Source: a virus | Virus genome (UHGV): UHGV-0322864 | Reading direction: 5' to 3' (one strand) | Length of the DNA stretch: 40,716 bases | Shown here: one piece after another, positions 9,917 through 18,932 of the stretch | How the letters are laid out: every line of letters begins with the position of its first letter | Position numbering within the stretch: position 1 is the first letter of the stretch | Notes under the pieces: model-generated | The model's database searches: none | Told to the model about the DNA's origin: nothing | Seen by the model: only the letters and a program-made list of their open reading frames with translations | Program-made: the position numbers and the translations under genes

Positions 9917-10720
9917 TTAGCTAATACGTCTCCAAATGTGAGCTGCTCTGAATGGTGGCAAAGTGTTAATAGGTTGACGAGAGATATCATCACGACCAAG
10001 ACTTACACTACCAGAGATTGTATGAGTATGTGTGTCATTATCAGTTCTCTGACTATAACCACCACCCGGACTATACCAGTTTGGCGAGCTGTTATGACCA
10101 CTAGCATCTCCACGACCAAATACCATATTGTGGCTGTGAGTATTACTGGATAGAGAGAAGCTGGAGCCATTAACTGTCATCAAAGGTACGTTCTCAGTTC
10201 GAATAGTATTGAAGACACGACCACCAGTACCACCTGCTTGGAACTCAACTCTCTGAGCATTAGGAACAGAGCCATCAGGGTTTACTACACCAGTACCCAT
10301 AATGACACCAGTCACTTTAGCCCAAGAACCAAACCCTAAGGAGATTGAATCACCGGGGTTAATGTCTTCTTCAGTGATGTAGTAAGAACCAATTCGATAG
10401 AGCTTATTCTCCATCCAGTTCTTCATGAACGCTTCCATCTGGCCTTTAGTAACAACATCCTTGTCACCAGTTCCCGGAGTAACGTTCTTAATCATTAGAC
10501 CGCCAACATCCATTGCATCACCAGTAAACTTAAGCTTCTCTGACATAATCTTAAAAGTGTCAGAATCAATATCAACTGGTTCTGTGACATTGGGGAATGT
10601 GTTCTGTAGTGTTTGTTTAATGAGGCGGATTTGAGCCGCCCCTTCGTAAATGTAATCCCTGTCTCTAGGATAGAGTGGGTTTAAGTCGGTAATAACTACC
10701 GCATTAGTTTCGATAGCCAA
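9917..10720 (-). CDS. tail fibre/receptor-binding-like protein
   Basis: 267-aa ORF; G/S/T/N-rich beta-type sequence; translationally coupled to the 1005-aa gene. Confidence 0.5.
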   Translation of the reverse strand: MAIETNAVVITDLNPLYPRDRDYIYEGAAQIRLIKQTLQNTFPNVTEPVDIDSDTFKIMSEKLKFTGDAMDVGGLMIKNVTPGTGDKDVVTKGQMEAFMKNWMENKLYRIGSYYITEEDINPGDSISLGFGSWAKVTGVIMGTGVVNPDGSVPNAQRVEFQAGGTGGRVFNTIRTENVPLMTVNGSSFSLSSNTHSHNMVFGRGDASGHNSSPNWYSPGGGYSQRTDNDTHTHTISGSVSLGRDDISRQPINTLPPFRAAHIWRRIS

Positions 10721-10732
10721 AAGGCACCTCCA

Positions 10733-11224
10733 TTAATATTTACCTTCGGTGTAAAGATTAGCTTCTGCAACTCTTCTATTATGAAGACCCTGACTTCTCT
10801 GCTTCTCTCCCTTGACCGTTATTTTATCCCAACGAAGAAATTCGGAATAAACATCCCCCTTAACATCTCCATTGATAACCTTCCTTAACTTAGATGTGCT
10901 CAAAGCACCACTGCCAACATTGAAGTTGAAAGAAGTGAGTGCATCAAACTCATGAACTAGTAAAGGAACCTTTATGTTCTTCTGAGTAGCACGAACAGAG
11001 TCTTGTGTGTCTCTATCTAGCAGAGCTAGACAATCCTCTATAGAATACGTTAATCCTTGTCTAACCGGATAACCATTCATATCGCGCGTAGCCCCTACAC
11101 ATATAGTCCATATACCTGCGGAATCTTTATAAGCCTTGGTTCTCATACCCTCATGCTTCATGATGAATTCCATTCCAGCTGGGCTTAAGTTTAATTGTAC
11201 AGGTGGCAATGCGACGTTATCCAT
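10733..11224 (-). CDS. GH24 (T4-type) lysozyme
   Basis: KHEGMRTKAYKDSAGIWTICVG carries the T4-lysozyme catalytic spacing E-(9)-D-(6)-T; 163 aa. Confidence 0.85.
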   Translation of the reverse strand: MDNVALPPVQLNLSPAGMEFIMKHEGMRTKAYKDSAGIWTICVGATRDMNGYPVRQGLTYSIEDCLALLDRDTQDSVRATQKNIKVPLLVHEFDALTSFNFNVGSGALSTSKLRKVINGDVKGDVYSEFLRWDKITVKGEKQRSQGLHNRRVAEANLYTEGKY

Positions 11225-11253
11225 TTCTAACCTCCTTTTGTAGTCCCTTTAAA

Positions 11254-11472
11254 TTAAGGTAGTATCTTTCTCAGAGCGTTAGATTCAGCATCAGGGCAAA
11301 TAACAACTAAGTTATTTTGAATTGTTCTCTGCTTACATTGAGAGCTGAGTTTCTCTACTGGAGCAGGATCAGTTACTAATGGATGAACTGCGCCTACAGG
11401 GACTGCGGTCGATACCACAACACCTGCACCTAAACAGATTAAACCATATGCAGCTTGTTTCATCATTTTCAT
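11254..11472 (-). CDS. small secreted/membrane protein next to the lysozyme (lysis-associated candidate)
   Basis: 72 aa; N-terminal hydrophobic segment MKMMKQAAYGLICLGAGVVVSTAVPVGA, two Cys in the remainder; SD AGGAGA before the ATG. Confidence 0.45.
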   Translation of the reverse strand: MKMMKQAAYGLICLGAGVVVSTAVPVGAVHPLVTDPAPVEKLSSQCKQRTIQNNLVVICPDAESNALRKILP

Positions 11473-11564
11473 TTGAGTGTCTCCTATATATTAACCTCTT
11501 GGGATATATTAGTTTCATTACTTACTAAGGGTACTTACTACTAAAGCCCCCGAAGGGGCTTATC

Positions 11565-13673
11565 TCACTTGTTAGATTTGAGTTCAGCAATCTCTGCTTT
11601 AAGGGTGTCGATTTGTTCCATCAAAGCCAGAATAGCTTCGTGGTGAAGACCAATCGCAATACCAGTAGAATCTGGAGATAGGACACCTTTGACAACTGTT
11701 CCATCAGGGAGGGTTCTGTCTGGGCCTGTATAGACCAACTCTGGATAGATATCCTGAACTTCTTGAGCAATGAACCCAATACCAAACTGGCCCCCGTCTA
11801 AGCGTCGCCAAGTGTACCCATGTAGTTTCTTCATCTTCTCAAGAGGTTCTTCTATCTTAGCAATATCCTTTTTAATTCGGATATCCGAATTACTCACCCA
11901 GTTAGCAGGAGCTATGGCACTACCAAACTGGTTAAACAGCCAGTCCACATTCACCCCTGCTCCTGAGAATCTAAGTATGCCAAAGCTATCAACACCCACG
12001 TTCTCCGCCATAGACATGGAGAAAACAGCACCCGGTGTTCCGGGATTACCCACTCTGCCTGTTAGCTCACAAATAAACGCCGGGGATGTTGTAGGCCACT
12101 GACCATCAGACCCTAACTTAGAAGCTGCAATGAAACCTGACCCCACACCTCTAGTGTATGTTGGGATTGTTAGCTCCCCACCAAGGTCGAATCGAATCTC
12201 GGAACTTTTACCTTGATAGTCTTCAATTCTCCATACACCACCTCCACGTTGACCATAATTACCATCAGCACGCATAGAAGATCTTATGTGCATAGAGTCT
12301 CCAATATTATAGTCAGAGCGAACCTCACCACCCTTTATAGCCGTCCCTGTTCCAGGAGCAGCGGAATCTCCATTAATAACAGACCAAGAAGTATTAGCTG
12401 CAATAAATGCTCCGTTGGCACGAACTACCCATACGCCAGATACTTTGTTTGGAACGATCTCTGCTGAGTTGTTGCGTCCGTAGACGGCGCTGGAACGGGA
12501 GGCATCGAAGGTGATTCGCCCGTATGCGTCCCCAGAAGCTGCCAACGCGGTGAGGTTCGTGGCTGGCGTAACAGTTCCCCCAGCAAACGCCCCGCTGGGA
12601 CTGAAGTATATCCCACGTGTTCCGGCGTATGTGTTGTCTAAAGAGGCTGTGATATTAGGAGCGCTATTCAACGCGACAGTCATATCAGAAGCAGAAGTTT
12701 TTCCACCTCGGAAAAACAAACCTTCTATAGAGCCATCCTGAACACCGTTCCAATCTGGTACACGGAAAGTAGTTGTACCATTACCTAAAGAATATTTGCC
12801 ACGCTGAGATGGGTCTGCTAACCAATCAGAATCGTCAATAGGGGTTAGCATTTGAGCAAACACCCATAGTTCTGGATATTTAGCTCGTTCTAATAGCTGC
12901 CCATCTAAAGTCACGTCATATGGGTGTATAAGTGCTCGGCTTGCAGCCATATGAGGAGTACCAATTCCGTAGTTCATAATACCGTTCATTGTGGCTCCAC
13001 CTGAACCGCCACTATTTCGGAGCTGTCTCAAAGTAACCGCATCATAATCACCTACAGCATCAGGTACAGTTACCGGTTGAGTAAAAGTAACTTTCTGTGT
13101 GAGCTGTTTGATATCAGAGTTAATCCCTGTACGAGTAACACCAATAGTCCGACCTTTGGAATCTTTAACATAAGAACCAATCGCAGCGAAAGGTAAATCC
13201 TCGATCTCAGGGCGGTATCGTTTAGAATAAACAGGGTACTTAGTTTCTACCCCAGAGTCATTCTGGTCAACAACCTGAAGACGACCAGCAGAGTGAATTT
13301 CTACACCTTGAACTGAGGAAGCATAACTACCAATCTTAATTGAGTTATCAGTGGTGACTTTCATCATATCCACAGACTCTACACCATTAGCCCCAGCAGA
13401 ACGGAAAGGGATGTTATTATCTACAAAAGGGTCTGCTTTGAACAAAGCACCTTCCATGATAGGTTGAATTGAATCTAATACATAATCTTTAGATGCACCT
13501 TCTGTTTTAGTTTGATAAATATCAGCTGCATCTGTTTTCTGTAGATATTTACCTGTTAAATCTACTGCACCAGCTACTCCGTCTACAGTAGAAACCCCAA
13601 CAACTGCTGCATCTCTATTGATTACAACATGTGGCATCATTATCCCAGATTTGGGCATTAATTCTCTAGCCAT
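11565..13673 (-). CDS. tail fibre with phage tail-collar-like module and C-terminal intramolecular chaperone (peptidase S74-like) domain
   Basis: Collar-like DGQLLERAKYPELW...GKYSLGNGTTTFRVPDWNGVQ; C-terminal SDIRIKKDIAKIEEPLEKMKKLHGYTWRRL...GLHHEAILALMEQIDTLKAEIAELK matches the auto-cleaving chaperone pattern. Confidence 0.8.
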   Translation of the reverse strand: MARELMPKSGIMMPHVVINRDAAVVGVSTVDGVAGAVDLTGKYLQKTDAADIYQTKTEGASKDYVLDSIQPIMEGALFKADPFVDNNIPFRSAGANGVESVDMMKVTTDNSIKIGSYASSVQGVEIHSAGRLQVVDQNDSGVETKYPVYSKRYRPEIEDLPFAAIGSYVKDSKGRTIGVTRTGINSDIKQLTQKVTFTQPVTVPDAVGDYDAVTLRQLRNSGGSGGATMNGIMNYGIGTPHMAASRALIHPYDVTLDGQLLERAKYPELWVFAQMLTPIDDSDWLADPSQRGKYSLGNGTTTFRVPDWNGVQDGSIEGLFFRGGKTSASDMTVALNSAPNITASLDNTYAGTRGIYFSPSGAFAGGTVTPATNLTALAASGDAYGRITFDASRSSAVYGRNNSAEIVPNKVSGVWVVRANGAFIAANTSWSVINGDSAAPGTGTAIKGGEVRSDYNIGDSMHIRSSMRADGNYGQRGGGVWRIEDYQGKSSEIRFDLGGELTIPTYTRGVGSGFIAASKLGSDGQWPTTSPAFICELTGRVGNPGTPGAVFSMSMAENVGVDSFGILRFSGAGVNVDWLFNQFGSAIAPANWVSNSDIRIKKDIAKIEEPLEKMKKLHGYTWRRLDGGQFGIGFIAQEVQDIYPELVYTGPDRTLPDGTVVKGVLSPDSTGIAIGLHHEAILALMEQIDTLKAEIAELKSNK

Positions 13674-13685
13674 TAAATCCTCCTA

Positions 13686-13708
13686 AAAAGCTCCCCGAAG
13701 GGAGCTGT
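13686..13708 (-). terminator. intrinsic terminator between the two tail-fibre genes
   Basis: Minus-strand AGCUCCC-UUCG-GGGAGCU followed by UUUUU, then the SD of the next gene. Confidence 0.6.
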
Positions 13709-13713
13709 GTTAA

Positions 13714-16700
13714 TTAACGAGCTTTCAGTACAGCTACTTCATTCTCCAGAGCTTCAATCTTGTCCAAGAGAACAAGAAGGGCTTCATGATGAAGAGCGGC
13801 TGCTACACCATAGGTGTCAACAGATTTAACATCCTTCACAATTGTTCCATCTTTCAACTCCGTGTCAGAGAATTTAGTAACTTTGACGGCATCCGGAAAA
13901 ACCTTCTCAACATCTTGAGCTAAGAAACCAATACCATTAGGTTTAGAGAGTTTATCCAACCGCTCCCATGTTACACCCTTAATAGCTTTAAGTTTCTCTA
14001 TAGGGTTTTCAATCCGTTTGATATTTGTCTTAAGTCTCTCATCGGAAGTGCTTGCCCAATTCCCTGCTTGTGCCGTTCCATCAGGAAAGAACTTGAAGTC
14101 AGCAGCTGTTCCAGTACCACCATTCACAGAAATCTGAGCGTGCATCAACTCTGTTCCACCACCACGAACACCACCAAAAGTGTAACTGCCATCATACCAG
14201 TCACCAGAGAAATAGGAAACATACCCCGGAGTACTTTGGTTGAAATTGATCATCCTGATAGCGTTCTTCTCACTTGGTGCTACACCAACAGAATTGTTAG
14301 CCCTGACCAGCACGTCAGTAGGTCTTAAGTATGCATCAATTGTTAGTGCCCCGTCAGCCCTCTCTGTTCCAATCTGGGTGATAGCATTGGGAAATACCAG
14401 AGTACCAGCATTATTGAATTTCCATTCCTGGTTTCCATTAAGAATCTTAGCACCAGACTTATTAGAAGCCCCATCTATCTCTCCATAAGCAGACATAGTT
14501 GCTGAGTAGGTTAAATCTGTTCCTATCTTATATTCTGAACGAACCAGACCACCAGATACAGTAAACCCAGCCGATGGTTTAACATCATCGCTATTAATAA
14601 CACTCCAAGAAGTATTAGCAGCAGTAAAGCCACCATTAGCACGAATCACCCAGACACCTATGAAGCTGTTGGTGCGGACTTCGGTCGTGTTGTCGCGACC
14701 ATAAGAGGCGTTTGATAGGCCCGCTCGAAAGCCGACGGAAAGCGCTGGTGTGGTTCCTGCGCCTAACGGAATATTAAGTGCTGGATCAGCCGCAAACATC
14801 GCCCCCGTAGGATCTCCATATACGCTCCATATGTTCGCACCAACGGAGCCTGTAATATCAGGCGCGGCGTTCTGCTGAACAGTACCGTCGTTGGCGCTGT
14901 TACCACCGTCACCGCGAGCATACAGACCAGAGATAGAACCGGTTTGAACGCCATTTCTATCAGGAACGCGGAAAGTAGTAGAACCATCACCTAAAGAGTA
15001 TTTACCTCTTTTCTGAGGATCAGCCAGCCAGTCAGCATCTGTGATAGGGCTTAAGGCTTGAGCATAAGCCCATAAATCTGGATATGAAGTACGAGACAAA
15101 AGTTGTCCATCAGAAGGTACATCATTAGAGTGAATTAAAGCACGACTATCAATTAAACGGAAATCACCTATGTTGAAGTTGGACACTCCGTTTAAGCTTG
15201 CACCACTTCCACCACCTCCTTGGTTGCGTAATTGACGAAGGGTAACTGCATCTGAATCACTAACCGCATCACCACCTAAACGAGTGGGACCAATCAATCC
15301 TTCCAGTTTCGTAATATCTGAGTTAACCCCAGAAGAGTTGATAGCAGCAGCACCAATAGCAGCAGGAGTAGGTTTGTTACCTTCAGTGTAAAACTTATTC
15401 TCACCGCTAGGACCAACATGCACAGGAACCGAAGCAGACAGCACTTTTGTGTTACTTGTATCGTTGCCAACCAAGACAGTACCGTCAGAACCAGAGGTGA
15501 TCAAATTAACAGCAACACCATTACTAGAAGTGCCTGTTAATACAATACCTGTTCCTAGATTTAAGTGTCCTGTCATTTTACCACCAGAAGTAGGAAGAGC
15601 ACCTAAATCAGAAGAGGTCAAAGCAACATTACCTGTTACCTCGTCAGGAACTTTTCCATTAACTGCAACAACATATGGAACTTGAGCAAGAGGCTTACCA
15701 TCATACTGAGCATCACTGGTAAGATTTGGAGATCGAATTGCTTCCCCTCCTGTCCAATCAGGCAGACGGATGTTGATGTAGTTTGTAGAATCCGCATCAG
15801 TGATACCGTCAGCAAGTTTACCCCAAGAATAGTATTGCTTTGAACCAGCCTGCCACTCTGTCTCAGAAACTACCGGAAGCTGACCGTTGACCAAAGAAGC
15901 TCCTAAATCTGATGCAGTGTCTTTGGAAACCAAACGACCATCAGCAGGCAAAATACCCGGGTAAGAAACAGGACGAGATGGGTCATATGGAAACATCAAC
16001 AATTCACCAAGATACAGAGATGGGTTCCCTGTCGGGATGGTGATATCAATATTACCAGTTGAGTCAGGAATACGAGAGTTTACTGTTATTACCCTATTCT
16101 CTGTCTTAACTGGGGTTAATGTTTTGTTCGAAGCTACAGTATAAAATTCATATTTGTAATCTTCCCAAACCAGAACGTTCTCACCAGTTTTTCTGTTAAC
16201 AGCATCGGCATCAGCCGCAGCTTTTGTTCTGTATGTTTTAACATAACCATCCACTTTCCCATCAACCTGAGATGTACTGTAAGATGCAACGTTTACGACA
16301 TTATTTAAACCAACTGAAGTTTTATCTAAGACTAGATTAACATCACCGGTAGCTGGAGATCCTCCGTTCACTGCAACTGAACGAACAGATGGGATTAAGT
16401 TAGCGATATCCTCTAAGGTTGTTTTATGTACGGTATTATCGTCCTTATCAACATAGAATCCTAAATCACCAAGCTCAGGAATACCTGTAGGTGCTGTATC
16501 CAAGTCTTTAACAGAACCATCTTTTCCGGGTTCGCCTTCTGGGATACCTAAAGAGATTACACCAGTGTTAGGGTTAAAAGAACCAGTAGCTTGACTCCCC
16601 GGAGGAAGGGTAGTTACATCAACAGACATTCCCAACAGGATATCAAGCTGTCTCTGAACTTCGATTAGTTTCTGGTTAATGAGAGCAACGGCATTATTAG

Positions 16701-17001
16701 CATCCGACACTGCTGCGTTAGTCTGAGCAATAAGTGTCATCAAACGAGCATCTTGATCTTTAAAGTCCTGTTTAAGATCTTCGATATCTTGCTTCATTAA
16801 AACACCTTGTTGATACAGACGTTCTACTTCAGTGATCAAGTCATCAATTGTACCAAACTTAGACTCCGCTAGCAGTGCCCAATATTTGGAGTCAGCTGCA
16901 TATTCTGCTGCTTGCTTGTAAGCTCCGATAGAGCCTTCCTTAGCACCAAACTGCCCAACATCATTCACTGCATCAGGTGCTTGGCTATTATAAACGATCA
17001 T
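13714..17001 (-). CDS. long tail fibre with collar-like module and C-terminal intramolecular chaperone domain
   Basis: 1095 aa; N-terminal coiled coil; shares a ~200-aa module with the 702-aa fibre (DAVTLRQLRN...GKYSLGDGSTTFRVPDRNGVQ...TSWSVIN); C-terminal SDERLKTNIKRIENPIEKLK...ALHHEALLVLLDKIEALENEVAVLK. Confidence 0.8.
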   Translation of the reverse strand: MIVYNSQAPDAVNDVGQFGAKEGSIGAYKQAAEYAADSKYWALLAESKFGTIDDLITEVERLYQQGVLMKQDIEDLKQDFKDQDARLMTLIAQTNAAVSDANNAVALINQKLIEVQRQLDILLGMSVDVTTLPPGSQATGSFNPNTGVISLGIPEGEPGKDGSVKDLDTAPTGIPELGDLGFYVDKDDNTVHKTTLEDIANLIPSVRSVAVNGGSPATGDVNLVLDKTSVGLNNVVNVASYSTSQVDGKVDGYVKTYRTKAAADADAVNRKTGENVLVWEDYKYEFYTVASNKTLTPVKTENRVITVNSRIPDSTGNIDITIPTGNPSLYLGELLMFPYDPSRPVSYPGILPADGRLVSKDTASDLGASLVNGQLPVVSETEWQAGSKQYYSWGKLADGITDADSTNYINIRLPDWTGGEAIRSPNLTSDAQYDGKPLAQVPYVVAVNGKVPDEVTGNVALTSSDLGALPTSGGKMTGHLNLGTGIVLTGTSSNGVAVNLITSGSDGTVLVGNDTSNTKVLSASVPVHVGPSGENKFYTEGNKPTPAAIGAAAINSSGVNSDITKLEGLIGPTRLGGDAVSDSDAVTLRQLRNQGGGGSGASLNGVSNFNIGDFRLIDSRALIHSNDVPSDGQLLSRTSYPDLWAYAQALSPITDADWLADPQKRGKYSLGDGSTTFRVPDRNGVQTGSISGLYARGDGGNSANDGTVQQNAAPDITGSVGANIWSVYGDPTGAMFAADPALNIPLGAGTTPALSVGFRAGLSNASYGRDNTTEVRTNSFIGVWVIRANGGFTAANTSWSVINSDDVKPSAGFTVSGGLVRSEYKIGTDLTYSATMSAYGEIDGASNKSGAKILNGNQEWKFNNAGTLVFPNAITQIGTERADGALTIDAYLRPTDVLVRANNSVGVAPSEKNAIRMINFNQSTPGYVSYFSGDWYDGSYTFGGVRGGGTELMHAQISVNGGTGTAADFKFFPDGTAQAGNWASTSDERLKTNIKRIENPIEKLKAIKGVTWERLDKLSKPNGIGFLAQDVEKVFPDAVKVTKFSDTELKDGTIVKDVKSVDTYGVAAALHHEALLVLLDKIEALENEVAVLKAR

Positions 17002-17010
17002 ATTATCTCC

Positions 17011-17763
17011 TTATACACGAGAAGTACGAATACCATAAATATCAGGCAAGCTGCTCTGAAGTCGAGTCATGTTATTCGGAATTGCGATAGGTGAACCTGA
17101 GTACTCTTGTTTCTTATGCTGCTCTACTATTTCATCAAGGATAGCTTTTCCTAATGCAGACCATTTCTGAACTCCATTATCATCTTGAACAAATAAGCAA
17201 GCGTGACGTAGAGTGAAATACAGAAGAAGCTCTGGTGCAATAGTGAGGATAGCACTGGTATCTGTATCTTCATGGAATTCCGGTGGGTCCGCATAATAGC
17301 TAAGAATCACTGAGTTTTCTGCTGGAATCAAAGGGCTTCCATCATCAGGATAAACAGGAGTATCTGCTTCAATACTAGGATAGAAAATGAAACGACTCCC
17401 GAAACGAGCAAAGTTAACAGGCTGGTTGTTCCAGTGGGATGGGTTAATTGTTCCATGCTGTCTACGATAGCTAATCTCTTCCGGAGATGTTACTTGGAAG
17501 ATTGTACCATCTTTGGCTCTCATCATCCATTGAGCTTCTAAGTAATCAGGAGGAATATAAGCTACTCCATCTTTAATATCTAAATAGACTTCTTTTTCCA
17601 GAGGAGGAATACGTAAGTTACGATAGATCTCTTTCTCTGCAAAGTTAATAAAGTTTGGAATTTGATTAACAAATTCATCATCGTCTCGATCGGCCCACAA
17701 GGCAACAGCTTTCTTAAGCCAGCCATACGTGTTAATCGGGTTTTGCACTTCAGGCATCGCCAT
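17011..17763 (-). CDS. virion structural protein (head-tail adaptor/connector candidate)
   Basis: 250-aa ORF between the capsid and tail-fibre genes; SD AAGGAGG; coupled to the downstream fibre gene. Confidence 0.5.
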   Translation of the reverse strand: MAMPEVQNPINTYGWLKKAVALWADRDDDEFVNQIPNFINFAEKEIYRNLRIPPLEKEVYLDIKDGVAYIPPDYLEAQWMMRAKDGTIFQVTSPEEISYRRQHGTINPSHWNNQPVNFARFGSRFIFYPSIEADTPVYPDDGSPLIPAENSVILSYYADPPEFHEDTDTSAILTIAPELLLYFTLRHACLFVQDDNGVQKWSALGKAILDEIVEQHKKQEYSGSPIAIPNNMTRLQSSLPDIYGIRTSRV

Positions 17764-17796
17764 AGGTTGTCCTCCTTGTTATATGTAGACAAAGAA

Positions 17797-17805
17797 TATA
17801 CATTA
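17797..17805 (-). promoter_or_regulatory. TAATGTATA motif (candidate phage middle/late promoter element)
   Basis: Exact 9-mer on the minus strand ~33 nt upstream of the ATG at 17763, just downstream of a terminator. Confidence 0.4.
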
Positions 17806-17826
17806 CACACTAGCTTGTATAGGTCT

Positions 17827-17856
17827 TAAAACAAGAAAAGCCACCCGAAGGCGGCT
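17827..17856 (-). terminator. intrinsic terminator after the capsid/Ig-like genes
   Basis: Minus-strand AGCCGCC-UUCG-GGUGGCU (one G.U pair) followed by UUUUCUUGUUUU. Confidence 0.65.
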
Positions 17857-17892
17857 TTATTCTTATGCAATCTCTTTACTAGTTACTGTACC

Positions 17893-18849
17893 TTATACTG
17901 CTTTAGGAGTAGCAGGAATAGAACAAGTAGCTGTAACTGTAGTTTGAGATTTATGTGTTGCCTTAGCTGTAACAGTTTCAACACCCGGATCATCTGCAAG
18001 AGTGAGATTACCAGAGCTATCTACTGTACCAGCAGCAGTTGGGGTTACTTCATAGTTGAAGTTAGTTGCAGCAGTATTACTCGTAAACATATCAGCAAAA
18101 GGTATTACATCGCCACCAACTTTAGCCTCTACAGTTTTAGCTGTGATGGCAGCTTTAGGAACCACACCACTGATAGTCCCTGTAGCAGTAACACTTGTCT
18201 GCGTCTTGTGGGTAGCAGTAATAGTGATATCGCCTGTAGCATTATTCGCTAAAGTAACAAGACCAGTATCAGGGTTGATAGAGGTAGTCATTCCAGAAGG
18301 AGTAGCTACTAGGTTATAATTGGTTGCTGAAGAGTTAGTTGCTGTGAATAAGTTAGCAAACGTAACAGTATCACCACCAATTTTACCAGTGACAGTTTTT
18401 CCAGTAATAGCTGCTTTAGCAACAACACCTGTAAAGGTTACAGTGGCTTCCACACCTGACTGAGTTTTATGGGTAGCTTTAACAGTGACTGTACCTGTTG
18501 CATTGTTGCTTAGAGTTAAAACTCCTGCTGCGCTAACAGTTCCTGTTGATGATGGAGCTACGACAAAAGTATAATCTTCTGCTGAAGAGTTGGTTGCTGT
18601 GAACATTGTAGTAAAGGCTGTAGTGCTTCCACCCACTTTACCAGTAATGTTAGCTTTGGCTTCGATAGTAGCAGGTTCAAAAACAGATTGAACCGTAGCA
18701 GTGCCTTTCTTACCACCTTTAGTAGCCGTAATAGTTGCTGAGGTTTCTTGCGACGCACTCGGTGCAGTATATAGCCCAGAAACAGAAACAGCCCCACCGC
18801 CCTCAACGGACCAACTAAATCCGGTTGTGCTTGTGGAGCCGTCGCTCAT
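17893..18849 (-). CDS. Ig-like (three Big_2-type repeats) capsid decoration module, probably made as a -1 frameshift extension of the major capsid protein
   Basis: Three ~95-aa repeats each ending ...TVTAKATHK(S/T)QT...; no SD before the annotated ATG; frame open upstream into the capsid gene (see findings). Confidence 0.7.
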   Translation of the reverse strand: MSDGSTSTTGFSWSVEGGGAVSVSGLYTAPSASQETSATITATKGGKKGTATVQSVFEPATIEAKANITGKVGGSTTAFTTMFTATNSSAEDYTFVVAPSSTGTVSAAGVLTLSNNATGTVTVKATHKTQSGVEATVTFTGVVAKAAITGKTVTGKIGGDTVTFANLFTATNSSATNYNLVATPSGMTTSINPDTGLVTLANNATGDITITATHKTQTSVTATGTISGVVPKAAITAKTVEAKVGGDVIPFADMFTSNTAATNFNYEVTPTAAGTVDSSGNLTLADDPGVETVTAKATHKSQTTVTATCSIPATPKAV

Positions 18850-18932
18850 TTCTGCTGTAGCTGTAAACTGCTGAGTAGCCCCCGTCGGAAGGCTTGCAAC
18901 CGACGAAGGACTAACAGTTACGGAATCTACTG

